A stretch of DNA of 64,000 nt from Snowella sp. (GCA_035285545.1 JAYKGY010000135.1:1-64000), one strand, 5' to 3'. Counted from the stretch's first letter, positions 52,476-63,056 are shown. Made by a program: numbers and translations. Notes: generated from the letters alone by a model not told the origin.

Positions 52476-53222
52476 CTAAATTAACCCTTCGAGTTGCAAA
52501 TCTTCAATGGTTTGGAGACCACGGGGATCTCCCAATCGCAGTAAAGCGGCTTTAGCATCTTCTTTTACGCCGTAATCTTCATCCTCCACCAAAGATTCTA
52601 GGAGCGCATCGATCGCAGTGGCATAAACCACATTAGAGGGTAATTCCCGACAAAGTTGACCAATGGCCCAGGCGCAATTACTCCGAACCGCAGCCATCGC
52701 ATCCCGTCGTAATCCTTCAATCAAGGGTGGAAGAGTGGAAATGACATCGCCATAATCCAAGGCAGCAATTTGGGCTAAACTGCTGGCCGACCACAGACGC
52801 ACGGCGGAAATATCGGTTTTCAACGCATGGAGCAAGGGATCAAGGGCACGGCGATCGCGGCAATTCCCCAAAGCCCAAACTACTCCTTTACGAACGTAAC
52901 CATTCCAATCTTTTTGTAACAGTTCAATTAAAGCTGTAACCGCATCACCATGAGGATTTCGTCCTAACGCATAGGCCGCACTGACTCGTACTAAGGGACA
53001 GTTATCATTCAGTAATTGAATTAAATAGGGAATAGCTCGTTCTTCTTGGATTTCACAAAAAGCGCGTGCTGCCAGCATCCGTTGGGGCGCATCGGTCGCG
53101 GAAAGAAGCGGCAACATCATTTCGGGATCAGGCGGAGATTCCTCTAGTCCATCATCATCTAACTGGTCTAGGGGGTCTTCAAACTCATCCTCAAGAATGC
53201 TTAGGTCATCATTTTGGTGCAT
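52476..53222 (-). CDS. HEAT-repeat (PBS lyase-like) protein
   Basis: Repeated VR..AA.ALG units; acidic N-terminus. Confidence 0.88.
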   Translation of the reverse strand: MHQNDDLSILEDEFEDPLDQLDDDGLEESPPDPEMMLPLLSATDAPQRMLAARAFCEIQEERAIPYLIQLLNDNCPLVRVSAAYALGRNPHGDAVTALIELLQKDWNGYVRKGVVWALGNCRDRRALDPLLHALKTDISAVRLWSASSLAQIAALDYGDVISTLPPLIEGLRRDAMAAVRSNCAWAIGQLCRELPSNVVYATAIDALLESLVEDEDYGVKEDAKAALLRLGDPRGLQTIEDLQLEGLI

Positions 53223-53443
53223 ATTGGATAAATTATCGCATTAGGGGAATCGCTACTAGTGCTGAGAATATCTTTTTTGATGGGGGTAGCCTTGATCCCC
53301 GCTTCTCCCAAGAACTCATGGCGATATTGATCTCGTAAATTCACAGAATTAAATTTTAAGACCTATTGGTTCTCGTTAGCGTCTATCTCCTTCAGGGGAT
53401 TGGAATCCGTTGACCCCCAAGGAAAAGAGGAATGGTCAGGGAT

Positions 53444-53851
53444 TTAGCCGTCTTTAAGCAAAATACTCATAAAAGCGAAGCCACCAACGGCAATTAAGGC
53501 GATCGCGACGACTAAGCTGAGGGATAAACGAGAAGTATAAACAAAATCTCCCCGATCAATGCGCTGTAAATCTTGACGATGAGCCATCGAAGCAGCGGAT
53601 AGGGCAGTTGTCCCAATCGCAATAAAGGCCAAACCTAAAATGCGAGAAAGATGGGGAGAGTTAATCCCCTCCTGAAAGTTGTGGTGCAGGGCTGTTACGA
53701 CCCGATCAATGCCAAATCCAAAACTAATGAGGGATAAACACGTCCGAATCCAAGCCATTAGGGTACGTTCGGCCGCGGCTCGATTTCGTTCTTTTGCAAG
53801 TTCATTTGCAAGACTAAGGCTTGAATTGGCAGGCGGTTGAGGAGAGTGCAT
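53444..53851 (-). CDS. YidH/DUF202 membrane protein
   Basis: ELAKERNRAAAERTLMAWIRT. Confidence 0.92.
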   Translation of the reverse strand: MHSPQPPANSSLSLANELAKERNRAAAERTLMAWIRTCLSLISFGFGIDRVVTALHHNFQEGINSPHLSRILGLAFIAIGTTALSAASMAHRQDLQRIDRGDFVYTSRLSLSLVVAIALIAVGGFAFMSILLKDG

Positions 53852-54101
53852 GGGATTAAAGGATGAATCGTCGCTGGGCTACCCAACAACATTATCCAAT
53901 AGACAAGGATTACGCTGGCCTATTTCCCTATTTCCCCCAGTTCTTTAAGAAAATTTTACCCCCTAAACCCACTTATTTAAAAGATTAACTTATGAGTTTT
54001 CTATTGTTTTATATATTTTATTTATTAGATAAAGGTTTGAGAATCTTTTGCAATAAGCTAATAAACAGAGTAAATTATTGAGAGTAATTAGCAAAAAGCC
54101 G

Positions 54102-55076
54102 ATGACATTGAATTTCAAAATGGGGCTAAGTCTGGGTCTCGTGTCCGCAATGGGAGTGATTGGCCTATCGGTAATCGCCAACACCTCCTTACAACCCGCG
54201 ATCGCGCATAACCACAGCAAAGAAACTGTCCAGCTTGCCCAAGCTGCCCAAAACCGTCTGGTGATTGTTTTTGCGTCACGGAAAGGAAGCACCGACCTCG
54301 AAAACAAAGTAAAAGCCGTCACCAGTTTCCTGTCTAAACAAATTGGCGTGCCCGTAGAAGGCATTATTGCGGATGAAAGTGCCGCGGTTGAAGCGATTAG
54401 GGCCAATCGGGCGGATGTCGCCTTTCTCGGCAGTCGGGCCGCGATCAAAACAGCCCAAACAACAGGAGCCAAATTATATCTTGCTGAAGTCCGTGATGAT
54501 TACTCTGGCGGGCATACCTACAAATCTGTTTTGGTGGTTCGTAAAGATAGCCCTCTCAAGCCCTTAAAAAACGAAAAACAAACCCTGGGACAACTAAAGG
54601 GTAAAACGATGGCCTTTGCTTCGCGGACTTCGGGTTCTGGCTTTATTATTCCGACGAGTTCCTTTGTGGGAGGGGGATTTGTTTCTGAGCCGGATCGCTT
54701 TGATCAGTTTTTCGGCAAAGTCATCTACGGAGATGGTTATCCCAGCGCACTGCAAGCCGTTCTCAAAAAGCAAGCCGATGTGGCAGCCGTTTCTGAATAT
54801 GCCCTCAAAGAACCTTGGATTACGGCTCAAGAAGCGCAACAATTACGAGTCCTTTGGGGAATTCCGGGCGTGCCTGCTCACGGGATTGTCATTGATGATG
54901 ATGTATCGGCATCGTTACGCAACAAAATTGTGGCAGCCTTTTTGAAATTAAATGAGCCGAGCAATAATGCAATGTTTCAATCTTTATACAACTCGACGAA
55001 GTTGGTGAAGGTTGATCATGACAAGCATGTTGCACCAATGCAGCGAGCCTTACAAAGAGCCAAAATTAACCCTTAA
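54102..55076 (+). CDS. phnD: Phosphate/phosphite/phosphonate ABC substrate-binding protein
   Basis: Signal peptide, ADVAFL, SRTSGSGF, ADVAAVS, VPAHG. Confidence 0.85.
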   Translation: MTLNFKMGLSLGLVSAMGVIGLSVIANTSLQPAIAHNHSKETVQLAQAAQNRLVIVFASRKGSTDLENKVKAVTSFLSKQIGVPVEGIIADESAAVEAIRANRADVAFLGSRAAIKTAQTTGAKLYLAEVRDDYSGGHTYKSVLVVRKDSPLKPLKNEKQTLGQLKGKTMAFASRTSGSGFIIPTSSFVGGGFVSEPDRFDQFFGKVIYGDGYPSALQAVLKKQADVAAVSEYALKEPWITAQEAQQLRVLWGIPGVPAHGIVIDDDVSASLRNKIVAAFLKLNEPSNNAMFQSLYNSTKLVKVDHDKHVAPMQRALQRAKINP

Positions 55077-55167
55077 GGTGCCGGAAAGTACCGGAGTCGC
55101 TTCAATTTTTGTCGTTTATTCAGTCAGGGATTACTTACAATCACTGACAATTTTTCTTCATAATCTC

Positions 55168-55911
55168 ATGATCATTCATTGTAATCATATTTCCAGCTTG
55201 AATTATTCTGCGACGGGAGCACCGATTCTTAATGATATCTCCTGTCAAATTAAAGAAGGGGAATTTGTCGCCCTCTTGGGGTTGAATGGGGCAGGGAAGT
55301 CCAGTTTATTAAAAGCTTTGATTGGGTTAATTCCCCTCAAACGGGGTGAAATCCAAGTAGAAGATTGTCTGCTAACGCCTAAGACTTTGGGGAATATCCG
55401 TCGTCGCATGGCAATGATTTTTCAAGGAGGTGGCTTAATTCGTCAGTTGTCAGCTTTAGAGAATGTTTTATGCGGTCTTTTGGGGTCTCGTTCTGCCTGG
55501 CAAACGTTGGGGGGGTTTAAAAATAGCGATCGCCGTGTTGCCATCGATTTATTAGCAGAATTGGGATTAGAGCAATATGCTGACCAAAAAGTGGGAAAAC
55601 TCAGTGGTGGCCAGCAGCAACGGGTCGCGATCGCGCGGGCATTGATCCAATCCCCTCAAATTTTATTAGCCGATGAACCGATTACGGGTTTAGATGTGAT
55701 TGCGGCCAATCAAGTTATGGAAAGTTTAGCCCGATTAAATCAAGAACAAAACTTAACCGTTGTGACGGTATTGCATGATCTGAAGATGGCAGAAACCTTT
55801 GCCAAACGGGCCATTATTTTAGATAGTGGCAAGATCGCCTATGATGGATCTTCGCAGAATCTTACTCAGCATTTTCATGACTGTTTACCCTATGAATTCA
55901 AATTAGCTTAA
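55168..55911 (+). CDS. phnC: Phosphonate ABC ATPase
   Basis: GLNGAGKS, LSGGQQQRVAIARAL, LADEP. Start ATG 55168. Confidence 0.85.
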   Translation: MIIHCNHISSLNYSATGAPILNDISCQIKEGEFVALLGLNGAGKSSLLKALIGLIPLKRGEIQVEDCLLTPKTLGNIRRRMAMIFQGGGLIRQLSALENVLCGLLGSRSAWQTLGGFKNSDRRVAIDLLAELGLEQYADQKVGKLSGGQQQRVAIARALIQSPQILLADEPITGLDVIAANQVMESLARLNQEQNLTVVTVLHDLKMAETFAKRAIILDSGKIAYDGSSQNLTQHFHDCLPYEFKLA

Positions 55912-56274
55912 ACATCATCCTGAAAATAACCATTAGCAATCTTCCTAGTCCTTTAAAATCAAGGACAATTTTTTATTGGGGGATTAAATATTAACTAGGC
56001 CATCATTAATTTTCATAAAATTCCCCCGCTTATCAGCACTTTCCTTAATAAGGGGAGATCAGACCGATAATCCTTGTTTATATTTAATTATGTTTAATTA
56101 CGACTCTCTACTTATTAAGTAAGTCAATTTAATTAAAAACAAATACCGCTAAGGACATAATAGTATTACGTCTCTACACGAATTTTTTCCGTAGGGATTT
56201 AATAGTGTTAAATTTTTATGGAGTTGCGCTACTTAATTTAAAAAAATTGAATTTTAAATTTACTGATTATAAAA

Positions 56275-57063
56275 ATGTTTAAAAAATTGAGTCATCAATC
56301 TCGGTTAAATTTAATTAAAAATATCGGGATTTTTCTAATTATTATTCTTGTCTATCGTTGGGCTTGGCAAGGCTTAAATATCGATGCGGCTATTATTGAT
56401 AATGCCTTAAATTATGCCCAAACTTTTTTAAGTGATTTTTATCCTCCTGATTGGTCAGTTTTGGATTTAGCGATCAAAGGATTGATTGAAACCGTTCAAA
56501 TTTCCATTATTGGGACAACCTTGGGTGCAATGATGTCCTTGCCCATTGCGATCGCCAGTTCCCATAATCTTTCTCCGATTTGGCTACGTTGGAGTGCCAA
56601 TTTTGTGCAGAATGCAATCCGCTCTATTCCCTCCATTGTCTTGGCACTTGTCTTTGTTGCAGCGGTCGGTTTAGGGGAAGTGTCTGGGATGTTAGCCGTT
56701 AGCGTTTACACCATCGGTTATTTAGCTAAATTTTATCAAGAGGCGATCGAATCCATTGATCCGAACTCTTTGGATACCCTAAAAGTAACCGGAGCTTCTC
56801 GCTTTCAAATCGCCCAATATGGCATTTTCCCGCAGGTTTTACCCCTTTTTCTCGGCTATACCCTGTATATGTTCGAGTACAATATTCGGATTTCTTCCAT
56901 TTTTGGCGTTGTCGGTGCAGGGGGGATTGGTTTTGAATTGGTGACCTATATTAATGGCTTTGAACGAACGAAAGCAGCAACTTTTATGATTGTTTTATTG
57001 GTCGTTGTTACCGCGATCGATGCCATTAGCAGTAAATTACGTCAAAAATTAGAATCGTTGTAA
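56275..57063 (+). CDS. phnE: Phosphonate ABC permease
   Basis: PPDW, ETVQIS, RSIP, LYMFEYNIR, GVVGAGGIG. Confidence 0.9.
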   Translation: MFKKLSHQSRLNLIKNIGIFLIIILVYRWAWQGLNIDAAIIDNALNYAQTFLSDFYPPDWSVLDLAIKGLIETVQISIIGTTLGAMMSLPIAIASSHNLSPIWLRWSANFVQNAIRSIPSIVLALVFVAAVGLGEVSGMLAVSVYTIGYLAKFYQEAIESIDPNSLDTLKVTGASRFQIAQYGIFPQVLPLFLGYTLYMFEYNIRISSIFGVVGAGGIGFELVTYINGFERTKAATFMIVLLVVVTAIDAISSKLRQKLESL

Positions 57064-57294
57064 TTAGTAGCTGTTTGCCATTAAATATCCAATTAAACAT
57101 CAACTGTCAGATGGGCATCCTGTCCGTCTATGGGCTAGCAGTTTCACCATTGAAGCATTAATTAAGCCCACTAAATTTCCGTAAACAGGAAATATTGAGC
57201 AAATTATTTAAAATTTTCATGATTTAACAATCAGATCAGGCATAAAACTCGGAAAAGCAGCAAAATAATACAAAAAACTATTTTTATCCCGACG

Positions 57295-58665
57295 CTAGGC
57301 ATGTAGCTTTTTTAATAGGGCAGTTTCAATAGGCTTCAGTGTTAAATAGGCTCCATAGGCTTGATAATGGGGGGAATTCGCACCCGAACGGTACAATAAA
57401 CCAGAAACCTTGGGCACATTCTCTAACTCTAGTAACATTCTGCGAAACAGACTCGGTTGCTGCAATTGTCGATTAATCTGATTGACATAATCAGGCTCAA
57501 TATAATCTGCTAATAAGGCTGTATTTAAGGGCTGTAATGGCACCTGTTTCCAGGCTTGAACATTTAAATTATTGAGGTAGGTTTTAGGCACATTTGAAGA
57601 TTCGAGATCTAACCCATATTTTTGGAAAAATTCCTGTTGCCAAAGACGATTGGCTTTTCTTTCCGGAGGTAATGTCAACATTGAAAGGGCAATATCCGGG
57701 ACTAAAAAGGGTGACCAAGGTTTAAACCCAAAAGAGCGGGGAATTGTGCATAAATAGGACAGTAAAATAATTTTAAAACGAATCATTTCAATCATTCGGA
57801 AAACCGAGGAGTTTAATTTTTCTTGATTGTTTTGGTAATAATTTTCGAGTAACGCAGAGGATGTATTTTTAAAACGACTGTAGCGCGAAGTTGCTTTTAA
57901 CCCGTGACTATAGGACAAATACCGAATATCCGCTAAATTTTTAATCTCAGGAATAGTAACCTTGCCGGATAAAAGATCTCCGATAATTCCACTTAAAAAA
58001 GGATTATTCCCTTGTACCTTAGTTCTGATTTGCTGATAGAACTCGATATGGTACATGCCATGGGCATGGGTAGAAATGCCAAATTCTTGATCCCATTCAT
58101 CAAAATAGCGATGGAAATTTCCCAACGAAATTCGTTCCCATTTTGTCCCTAAAGTTTGCGCGATCAGTTGGGCATGAACTACTTCTACGGACTGGGCTTG
58201 ATTGGTAGAAACCCCATAGGTAAAAGAACGAATTCTCGATTTATCATGGATTAATAAATTTAAAAGACGAGAATCATAGCCTCCACTCGTGGGAATAATA
58301 ATTTCTCCGTCAACGGAATTTTCCCATGCTTCAACTGCTGCTTTTAATCGTTCTAAAACTTCGCCTTCATCAGATACTTTGTCTAGCCAATCTTCTACGG
58401 GATCGGGTAAATGTTCAATTAAAAAACTTCCATCATCTTGAACAGTTAATTGGGAAGAATATCGTAAAATCTTAACATTTTTAATGGGAGTTACTCCCAA
58501 AATTGAATATCCGCAATCTAAAAAATGATTAAAGCCTTCCTCATCAAATTCTAGGTTTTTAAAGTCAATGACATCATTAATATTATAGGAAACTTGACGA
58601 GTTTTGAGGTTATAGAAAACAGGGCGAGAGCCTAGCCAATCTGTTTCATAAATAGTTTGTTTCAT
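57295..58665 (-). CDS. Asparagine-synthase-like ATP pyrophosphatase lacking the N-terminal Ntn cysteine
   Basis: PP-loop SGGYDS, SGIIGD; begins at DWLGSRPVFY. Confidence 0.7.
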   Translation of the reverse strand: MKQTIYETDWLGSRPVFYNLKTRQVSYNINDVIDFKNLEFDEEGFNHFLDCGYSILGVTPIKNVKILRYSSQLTVQDDGSFLIEHLPDPVEDWLDKVSDEGEVLERLKAAVEAWENSVDGEIIIPTSGGYDSRLLNLLIHDKSRIRSFTYGVSTNQAQSVEVVHAQLIAQTLGTKWERISLGNFHRYFDEWDQEFGISTHAHGMYHIEFYQQIRTKVQGNNPFLSGIIGDLLSGKVTIPEIKNLADIRYLSYSHGLKATSRYSRFKNTSSALLENYYQNNQEKLNSSVFRMIEMIRFKIILLSYLCTIPRSFGFKPWSPFLVPDIALSMLTLPPERKANRLWQQEFFQKYGLDLESSNVPKTYLNNLNVQAWKQVPLQPLNTALLADYIEPDYVNQINRQLQQPSLFRRMLLELENVPKVSGLLYRSGANSPHYQAYGAYLTLKPIETALLKKLHA

Positions 58666-59060
58666 ATTGAAGTTTTATCATTTTCTCATTAGGATAAAAT
58701 AGGATCCAAAAAACGAACATACCTCGATTAAAATTTCAACTTACCAAACCATCATTAAATGCACGACTGGATTAGATATTTAACATTTTTGAATTGTTGA
58801 GTTTTAAGACTTTCGATTTTACCCGATATCTAACGAAATAGGGAATACCTAATGATGGCTTTTATCGGCAAACAGATGATATCACAGAAATCGCTCGGCT
58901 TGGCTTGCATGGGCTTCCTTAGTGGTAGAATTTTTCGCGATCGCGCCGATTTGACTAGGCTTTTTCCCAGAGGAATGATTTTCTCGCTTCGGCTTAATGA
59001 TCAGCGTCCCCTAAACATTGAATATTTGGGTTCTGCAAATAACTCAGGGGGGAATCTTGT

Positions 59061-59783
59061 TTAAGAGGGAATTATCAAAGGAGTCTGCCTGCTGCGGTAT
59101 AAATAATCATGAAAAGTGAATTGCTCAACTTCTTGATAATAGGGAGTCAGATATTCATCAATTTCCGCCTTTTGCTCGGTTTCAATCAAGATAAATTTAG
59201 GGCGATATTGACTAAAATCTAAGCCTTTTAAAACGGTCAGTTCTGCACCTTCAACATCCAAAGAAAATAAATCAATTTCTTGAATTTTGTATTCATCCAA
59301 AATTGAAGTTAGGGTTCGACAGGGAACATCGATTTGATAAGTGGAAGTATGTTTCGTTTCCCAAATCATTCCTTGAGCAATATGTTCATCTTCTTCTTGC
59401 TCATTTTTCCGGCTTAAGCCGCTTCCCAAAGACATCATATTGGCATACTTCATTGTCACCGTAGAATGGGGATAATCCTCCGAAACTAAGGCACAATTCA
59501 ACACAATAGATTCGGGTCTTTCTCGTACACATTCGTCATAAATTTCAGGAATTGGTTCAATTAAAATCCCTCTCCATTGACGTAATTTGGCCAAATAATA
59601 GGTATTGCTATATTGATAGCCATTGTTGGCTCCGACTTCAATATAAAATCCTTTTGGGTAGGGTAAATAGGGGAGTAATTTGAGATCCATTTGCTCAATG
59701 GCAGGACGAGAATAATAATCAACACCAATAGATTCCAAACAGCGACGGCGGAACCGAGAAAGTCTTCGTCGTAAGGTCGTCAT
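59061..59783 (-). CDS. FkbM-family SAM methyltransferase
   Basis: EVGANNG, LIEP, SLDVEGAE. Confidence 0.92.
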   Translation of the reverse strand: MTTLRRRLSRFRRRCLESIGVDYYSRPAIEQMDLKLLPYLPYPKGFYIEVGANNGYQYSNTYYLAKLRQWRGILIEPIPEIYDECVRERPESIVLNCALVSEDYPHSTVTMKYANMMSLGSGLSRKNEQEEDEHIAQGMIWETKHTSTYQIDVPCRTLTSILDEYKIQEIDLFSLDVEGAELTVLKGLDFSQYRPKFILIETEQKAEIDEYLTPYYQEVEQFTFHDYLYRSRQTPLIIPS

Positions 59784-59787
59784 AATT

Positions 59788-61149
59788 TTAATGTTTAGTA
59801 ATCATCGCTCGAATTTGTTGGTAATACCAGAGATTTTGTTTGACTCTGAAGGGGATCAATAAAGCCCTTGTTAACATCCAAAAGTTTTGGTGTAAAGGAC
59901 GATAAATTAGAGAACTGAAGTAGCCCGCAATGGAATAGGAAACCATGGTCGCGATCGCGGCTCCAACGGCACCATAGGAAGGAATCAAAAAATAGTTAAG
60001 AATAATATTGGTAATCATTCCTATCGAGGTTGTTGCAAAACTAAATCGGGTAAAATTTTCTGCCGTTAGGTATTTTCCCAGGGCTACTCCCAGAAAAACA
60101 AACGGAAGGGACCAAATATGCCAAATTAAAATTGTGGCGGATTGGTGATATTCAGGCCCTAGCAAGGTATCTACTAGAAAATTAGCTGTAAAACTAACCA
60201 AAATACTGATAATTAAAGACAACCAAACCATAAAATCGTAGAGTTGTTGTAAGCGTTCGAGATATTCAGTGTTGCTTCTTTGTCTTGCCCGTAAAATGGT
60301 AGGAAAAACCGATGAACAAATAATGACAGGAATAAAATACCATACTTCTGAAAAACGAATTGCTGCGGCGTAATCTCCGACGGCTTGCAAACTGGCCATA
60401 TTTCCTAGCATGATTTGATCAATTCTCATATAAATTGTTACCATTAAGCTAGATAAAATGAGGGGCCAAGAATCTTTAAGAAGAGACTTTATTTGATATT
60501 TATTAATTCTCCAATTAAACCAGCTTTGTTTTTGATTTTTGTAGGCACCTAGCATCCCCAAGATTTTCATTAACCCATCAATACATAAGATCCAAGCAAA
60601 GCTAATAATAGAGAATTGAAAATGAATAAAAATAACCTTAATCAGAGAACTAATAATCAGTTGAAGGCTGCGAACAAAGGCCATATAGCCTGCTAAAACT
60701 CTGGCTTGGAACCAAAAGTCAATGACATCAAAAGTACTAAATGACAAACTTAGTGCAACAATCCAAACTAAGATTTGAGTTTCTTGATTTTTTGTGGTAA
60801 AAATAATAGATGTTGCGGCTAAAAAAATCGTTAAGCCCGTTGCATAAAGTTTCAAAATAAACGCTGTCCCTAAAATTTCAAAGCTTAGGGATTCTTGAAC
60901 AATCAGGTTACGGATAACAATGGGTTCCAACCCTAATTTCGCGATCGCCTCAAATAGACCTACATAACTAATGGCATAGCTAAACTGTCCAAATATTGTC
61001 GGCCCAAAATAACGAATCACATAAATATTAATAACTAAGGAAATCACCATCGACAAAAGGCGTTCCCCTAATAACCAACTAAAATTATTAAAAATTTTTC
61101 GGAGTCCTGGACTCAGACGCTGGCTAATCAGAGCAAGGTAATTTTGCAC
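59788..61149 (-). CDS. Wzx-type polysaccharide flippase
   Basis: NFSWLL.ER, YMRIDQIML, LIPSYGAVGAA; about 12 TM helices. Confidence 0.92.
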   Translation of the reverse strand: MQNYLALISQRLSPGLRKIFNNFSWLLGERLLSMVISLVINIYVIRYFGPTIFGQFSYAISYVGLFEAIAKLGLEPIVIRNLIVQESLSFEILGTAFILKLYATGLTIFLAATSIIFTTKNQETQILVWIVALSLSFSTFDVIDFWFQARVLAGYMAFVRSLQLIISSLIKVIFIHFQFSIISFAWILCIDGLMKILGMLGAYKNQKQSWFNWRINKYQIKSLLKDSWPLILSSLMVTIYMRIDQIMLGNMASLQAVGDYAAAIRFSEVWYFIPVIICSSVFPTILRARQRSNTEYLERLQQLYDFMVWLSLIISILVSFTANFLVDTLLGPEYHQSATILIWHIWSLPFVFLGVALGKYLTAENFTRFSFATTSIGMITNIILNYFLIPSYGAVGAAIATMVSYSIAGYFSSLIYRPLHQNFWMLTRALLIPFRVKQNLWYYQQIRAMITKH

Positions 61150-61251
61150 ACAGACATTTCCTATTACATTAATCCAGATTTAATGGCTAATCTTACTACA
61201 TTTCAGGAATTCTTATGAATTAAGTTTGTTGCAGTTCCTTAGCAATGAAGA

Positions 61252-61540
61252 TAGGACTTACGCATTGTTAAAAAGAATGGAATAGGCAGTCATCAAGCTC
61301 AAGAAAAGGAAGTCTCACTTCAAGAATCAATTGACAAATTATGGGAATAAATCGCTGACGTGAAACCGTATAGAGATTAGGGATTCAGTCATCGAGCTGT
61401 AGATTCTGCACAGGAGAAAAAGCACGAACGAACAAAAGAAATGGTTAGGGATAGCTTGGGTATTTCTCTCGCAAAATTTTTCAATCTTACCGATCTGTTT
61501 GGTAATTCGATGAAAAGTCTCAATTTTCCAGTGTTGGTCA
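61252..61540 (-). mobile_element. Degenerate IS701-family transposase 3' remnant with right end
   Basis: HWKIETFHRITKQ..IEKF..R..QAI.NHFFCS DDE-transposase C-terminus, then a frameshift and stop; ends in AATGCGTAAGTCCTA, an end sequence I recognise from cyanobacterial IS701-like elements. Confidence 0.7.
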
Positions 61541-61978
61541 TCTCGACGCGCGATCGCCGATAGCGGCAAAGGATTTTGTTCCAAAAATAGCTTCGTAATG
61601 ACGGTAGAACTTGAATTCTAGATAGTTAGAAAAAGGGTCTTCTAGAAAAAAGGTTCCATGTTCCGTAATTTCTCCCACAAAACGCCATTTAGGAGCAATA
61701 AAAAAAGAAATTCCTTGGGCTTTAACCCGTTCGGCTAAGGCTTGCCAATGGGCTTCTTCCAAAAAAATTAAGCCAAAATGACGGGGATAAATGCCTTTTT
61801 GTTTAATTAACGGTTCATCGGTAATATGGGCGACCACTTGATGGCCATAAACGTTGAGAATCAAGGCTTTATCGGTTTCTCGGCCTGCCTCACAGCCTAA
61901 GCGATCGCAGTAAAAGGTTTTTGCTTGCTGAATATCGTTGATAGGAATGGCTAAATGAAAAATCGTTGAATTATTCAT
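61538..61978 (-). CDS. VOC/glyoxalase-family protein
   Basis: FHLAIP, FY...LGC, PRHFG, FLEDPFSNYLEFK. Confidence 0.9.
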   Translation of the reverse strand: MNNSTIFHLAIPINDIQQAKTFYCDRLGCEAGRETDKALILNVYGHQVVAHITDEPLIKQKGIYPRHFGLIFLEEAHWQALAERVKAQGISFFIAPKWRFVGEITEHGTFFLEDPFSNYLEFKFYRHYEAIFGTKSFAAIGDRASR

Positions 61979-62046
61979 GACCCCAGCTTTTCCAGAAATG
62001 ACTTCATAATAGCCCGCGATCGCAGAAACTGAGCTTATACCAACCT

Positions 62047-63039
62047 TTAATTATGAACACGACCATCGGGCATGGTGGCTCCTCGGAAATTAACCCCGGC
62101 CATATTGGCACTCATCACATCAGCGCGGCTTAAATTGGCATTGGTAAAATTAGCCCCCATTAAGTTCGCTCTGGCTAAAAAGGCTTCGATCAATTCTGCC
62201 TCGGTTAGATTCGCCCCCGATAAATTGGCTCGACTGAGATCGGCGTGATTCATACGGGTTGCCGTTAAGGTTGCTTGACTTAAATTCGCTTGCGTTAAAT
62301 TCACATGGGTCATAATCGCTCCTTGAAAATTCACGCCCATCATTTCGCATTGGGAACATTGGGTTCTAACTAAATTGGCATTGGTTAAATTCGCGCCCAC
62401 TAAGCGTGCCCCCGTTAAATTGGCATCCGTTAATAAGGCTCCTTGGAGATTGGCGTTGGTCAGATCCACTTTTCTGAGATCCGCATCCCGCAAATTCGCT
62501 TCCTTGAGATTGGCCCCGCTTAAATTGGCTCGGCTCAGATCAACGCCCTTCATATTAGCTCCTTGAAGATCAGCCCGCCCAAAGTCAGCCGCTTGCAAGT
62601 TGGTGTAATAACTTTTTTTCTCCTGACGCATATTGGCTCCCCGCAGACAGGCTCCGGTTAAAGTTGCGCCGCTTAAATCCGATCCCCGCAAATCAGCCCC
62701 AATCAAATTGGCATCTAACAGCATCGCCAGGGTAATATCGCTATCTTTTAAAACTGCCCCTTGTAGTAAGGCACCGTGTAAATTAGCACCCCGCAAATCG
62801 GCTCCACTTAAATCCGCCTGGTTTAAACTGGCTCCGGCTAAATTGGCTCCGACTAAATTCGCTTGAGACAAATTTGCCCGATTGAGATAGGTAAATAGTA
62901 AATTGGCATTATGCAAATCGGCTTCTGTCAACACAATACCAATCAAATCCGCCCCTGCTAAATTAATTCCAGGTAGCTTCAGCCCAATAAATAATTTTTC
63001 CCCTGCACTATAACGTTGAATTAACTCATTTGCATTCAT
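62047..63039 (-). CDS. Pentapeptide-repeat protein
   Basis: ELIQRYSAGE start, continuous A(N/D)Lxx repeats, GATMPDG end. Confidence 0.95.
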   Translation of the reverse strand: MNANELIQRYSAGEKLFIGLKLPGINLAGADLIGIVLTEADLHNANLLFTYLNRANLSQANLVGANLAGASLNQADLSGADLRGANLHGALLQGAVLKDSDITLAMLLDANLIGADLRGSDLSGATLTGACLRGANMRQEKKSYYTNLQAADFGRADLQGANMKGVDLSRANLSGANLKEANLRDADLRKVDLTNANLQGALLTDANLTGARLVGANLTNANLVRTQCSQCEMMGVNFQGAIMTHVNLTQANLSQATLTATRMNHADLSRANLSGANLTEAELIEAFLARANLMGANFTNANLSRADVMSANMAGVNFRGATMPDGRVHN

Positions 63040-63056
63040 AGGATTTTAAAAGGTCG

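Noticed and set aside
53944..53991. Pho box upstream of phnD
   Set aside because: TTAA-like half-sites are present, but I could not place three with clean 11-bp periodicity.
53990..54472. 160-aa antisense ORF over phnD and other short overlapping ORFs in the track
   Set aside because: They lie opposite or inside well-supported genes and have no recognisable motifs.
57295..58665. Lasso-peptide cyclase interpretation of the Asn-synthase-like gene
   Set aside because: No B1/B2 proteins or precursor nearby; neighbours are polysaccharide genes.
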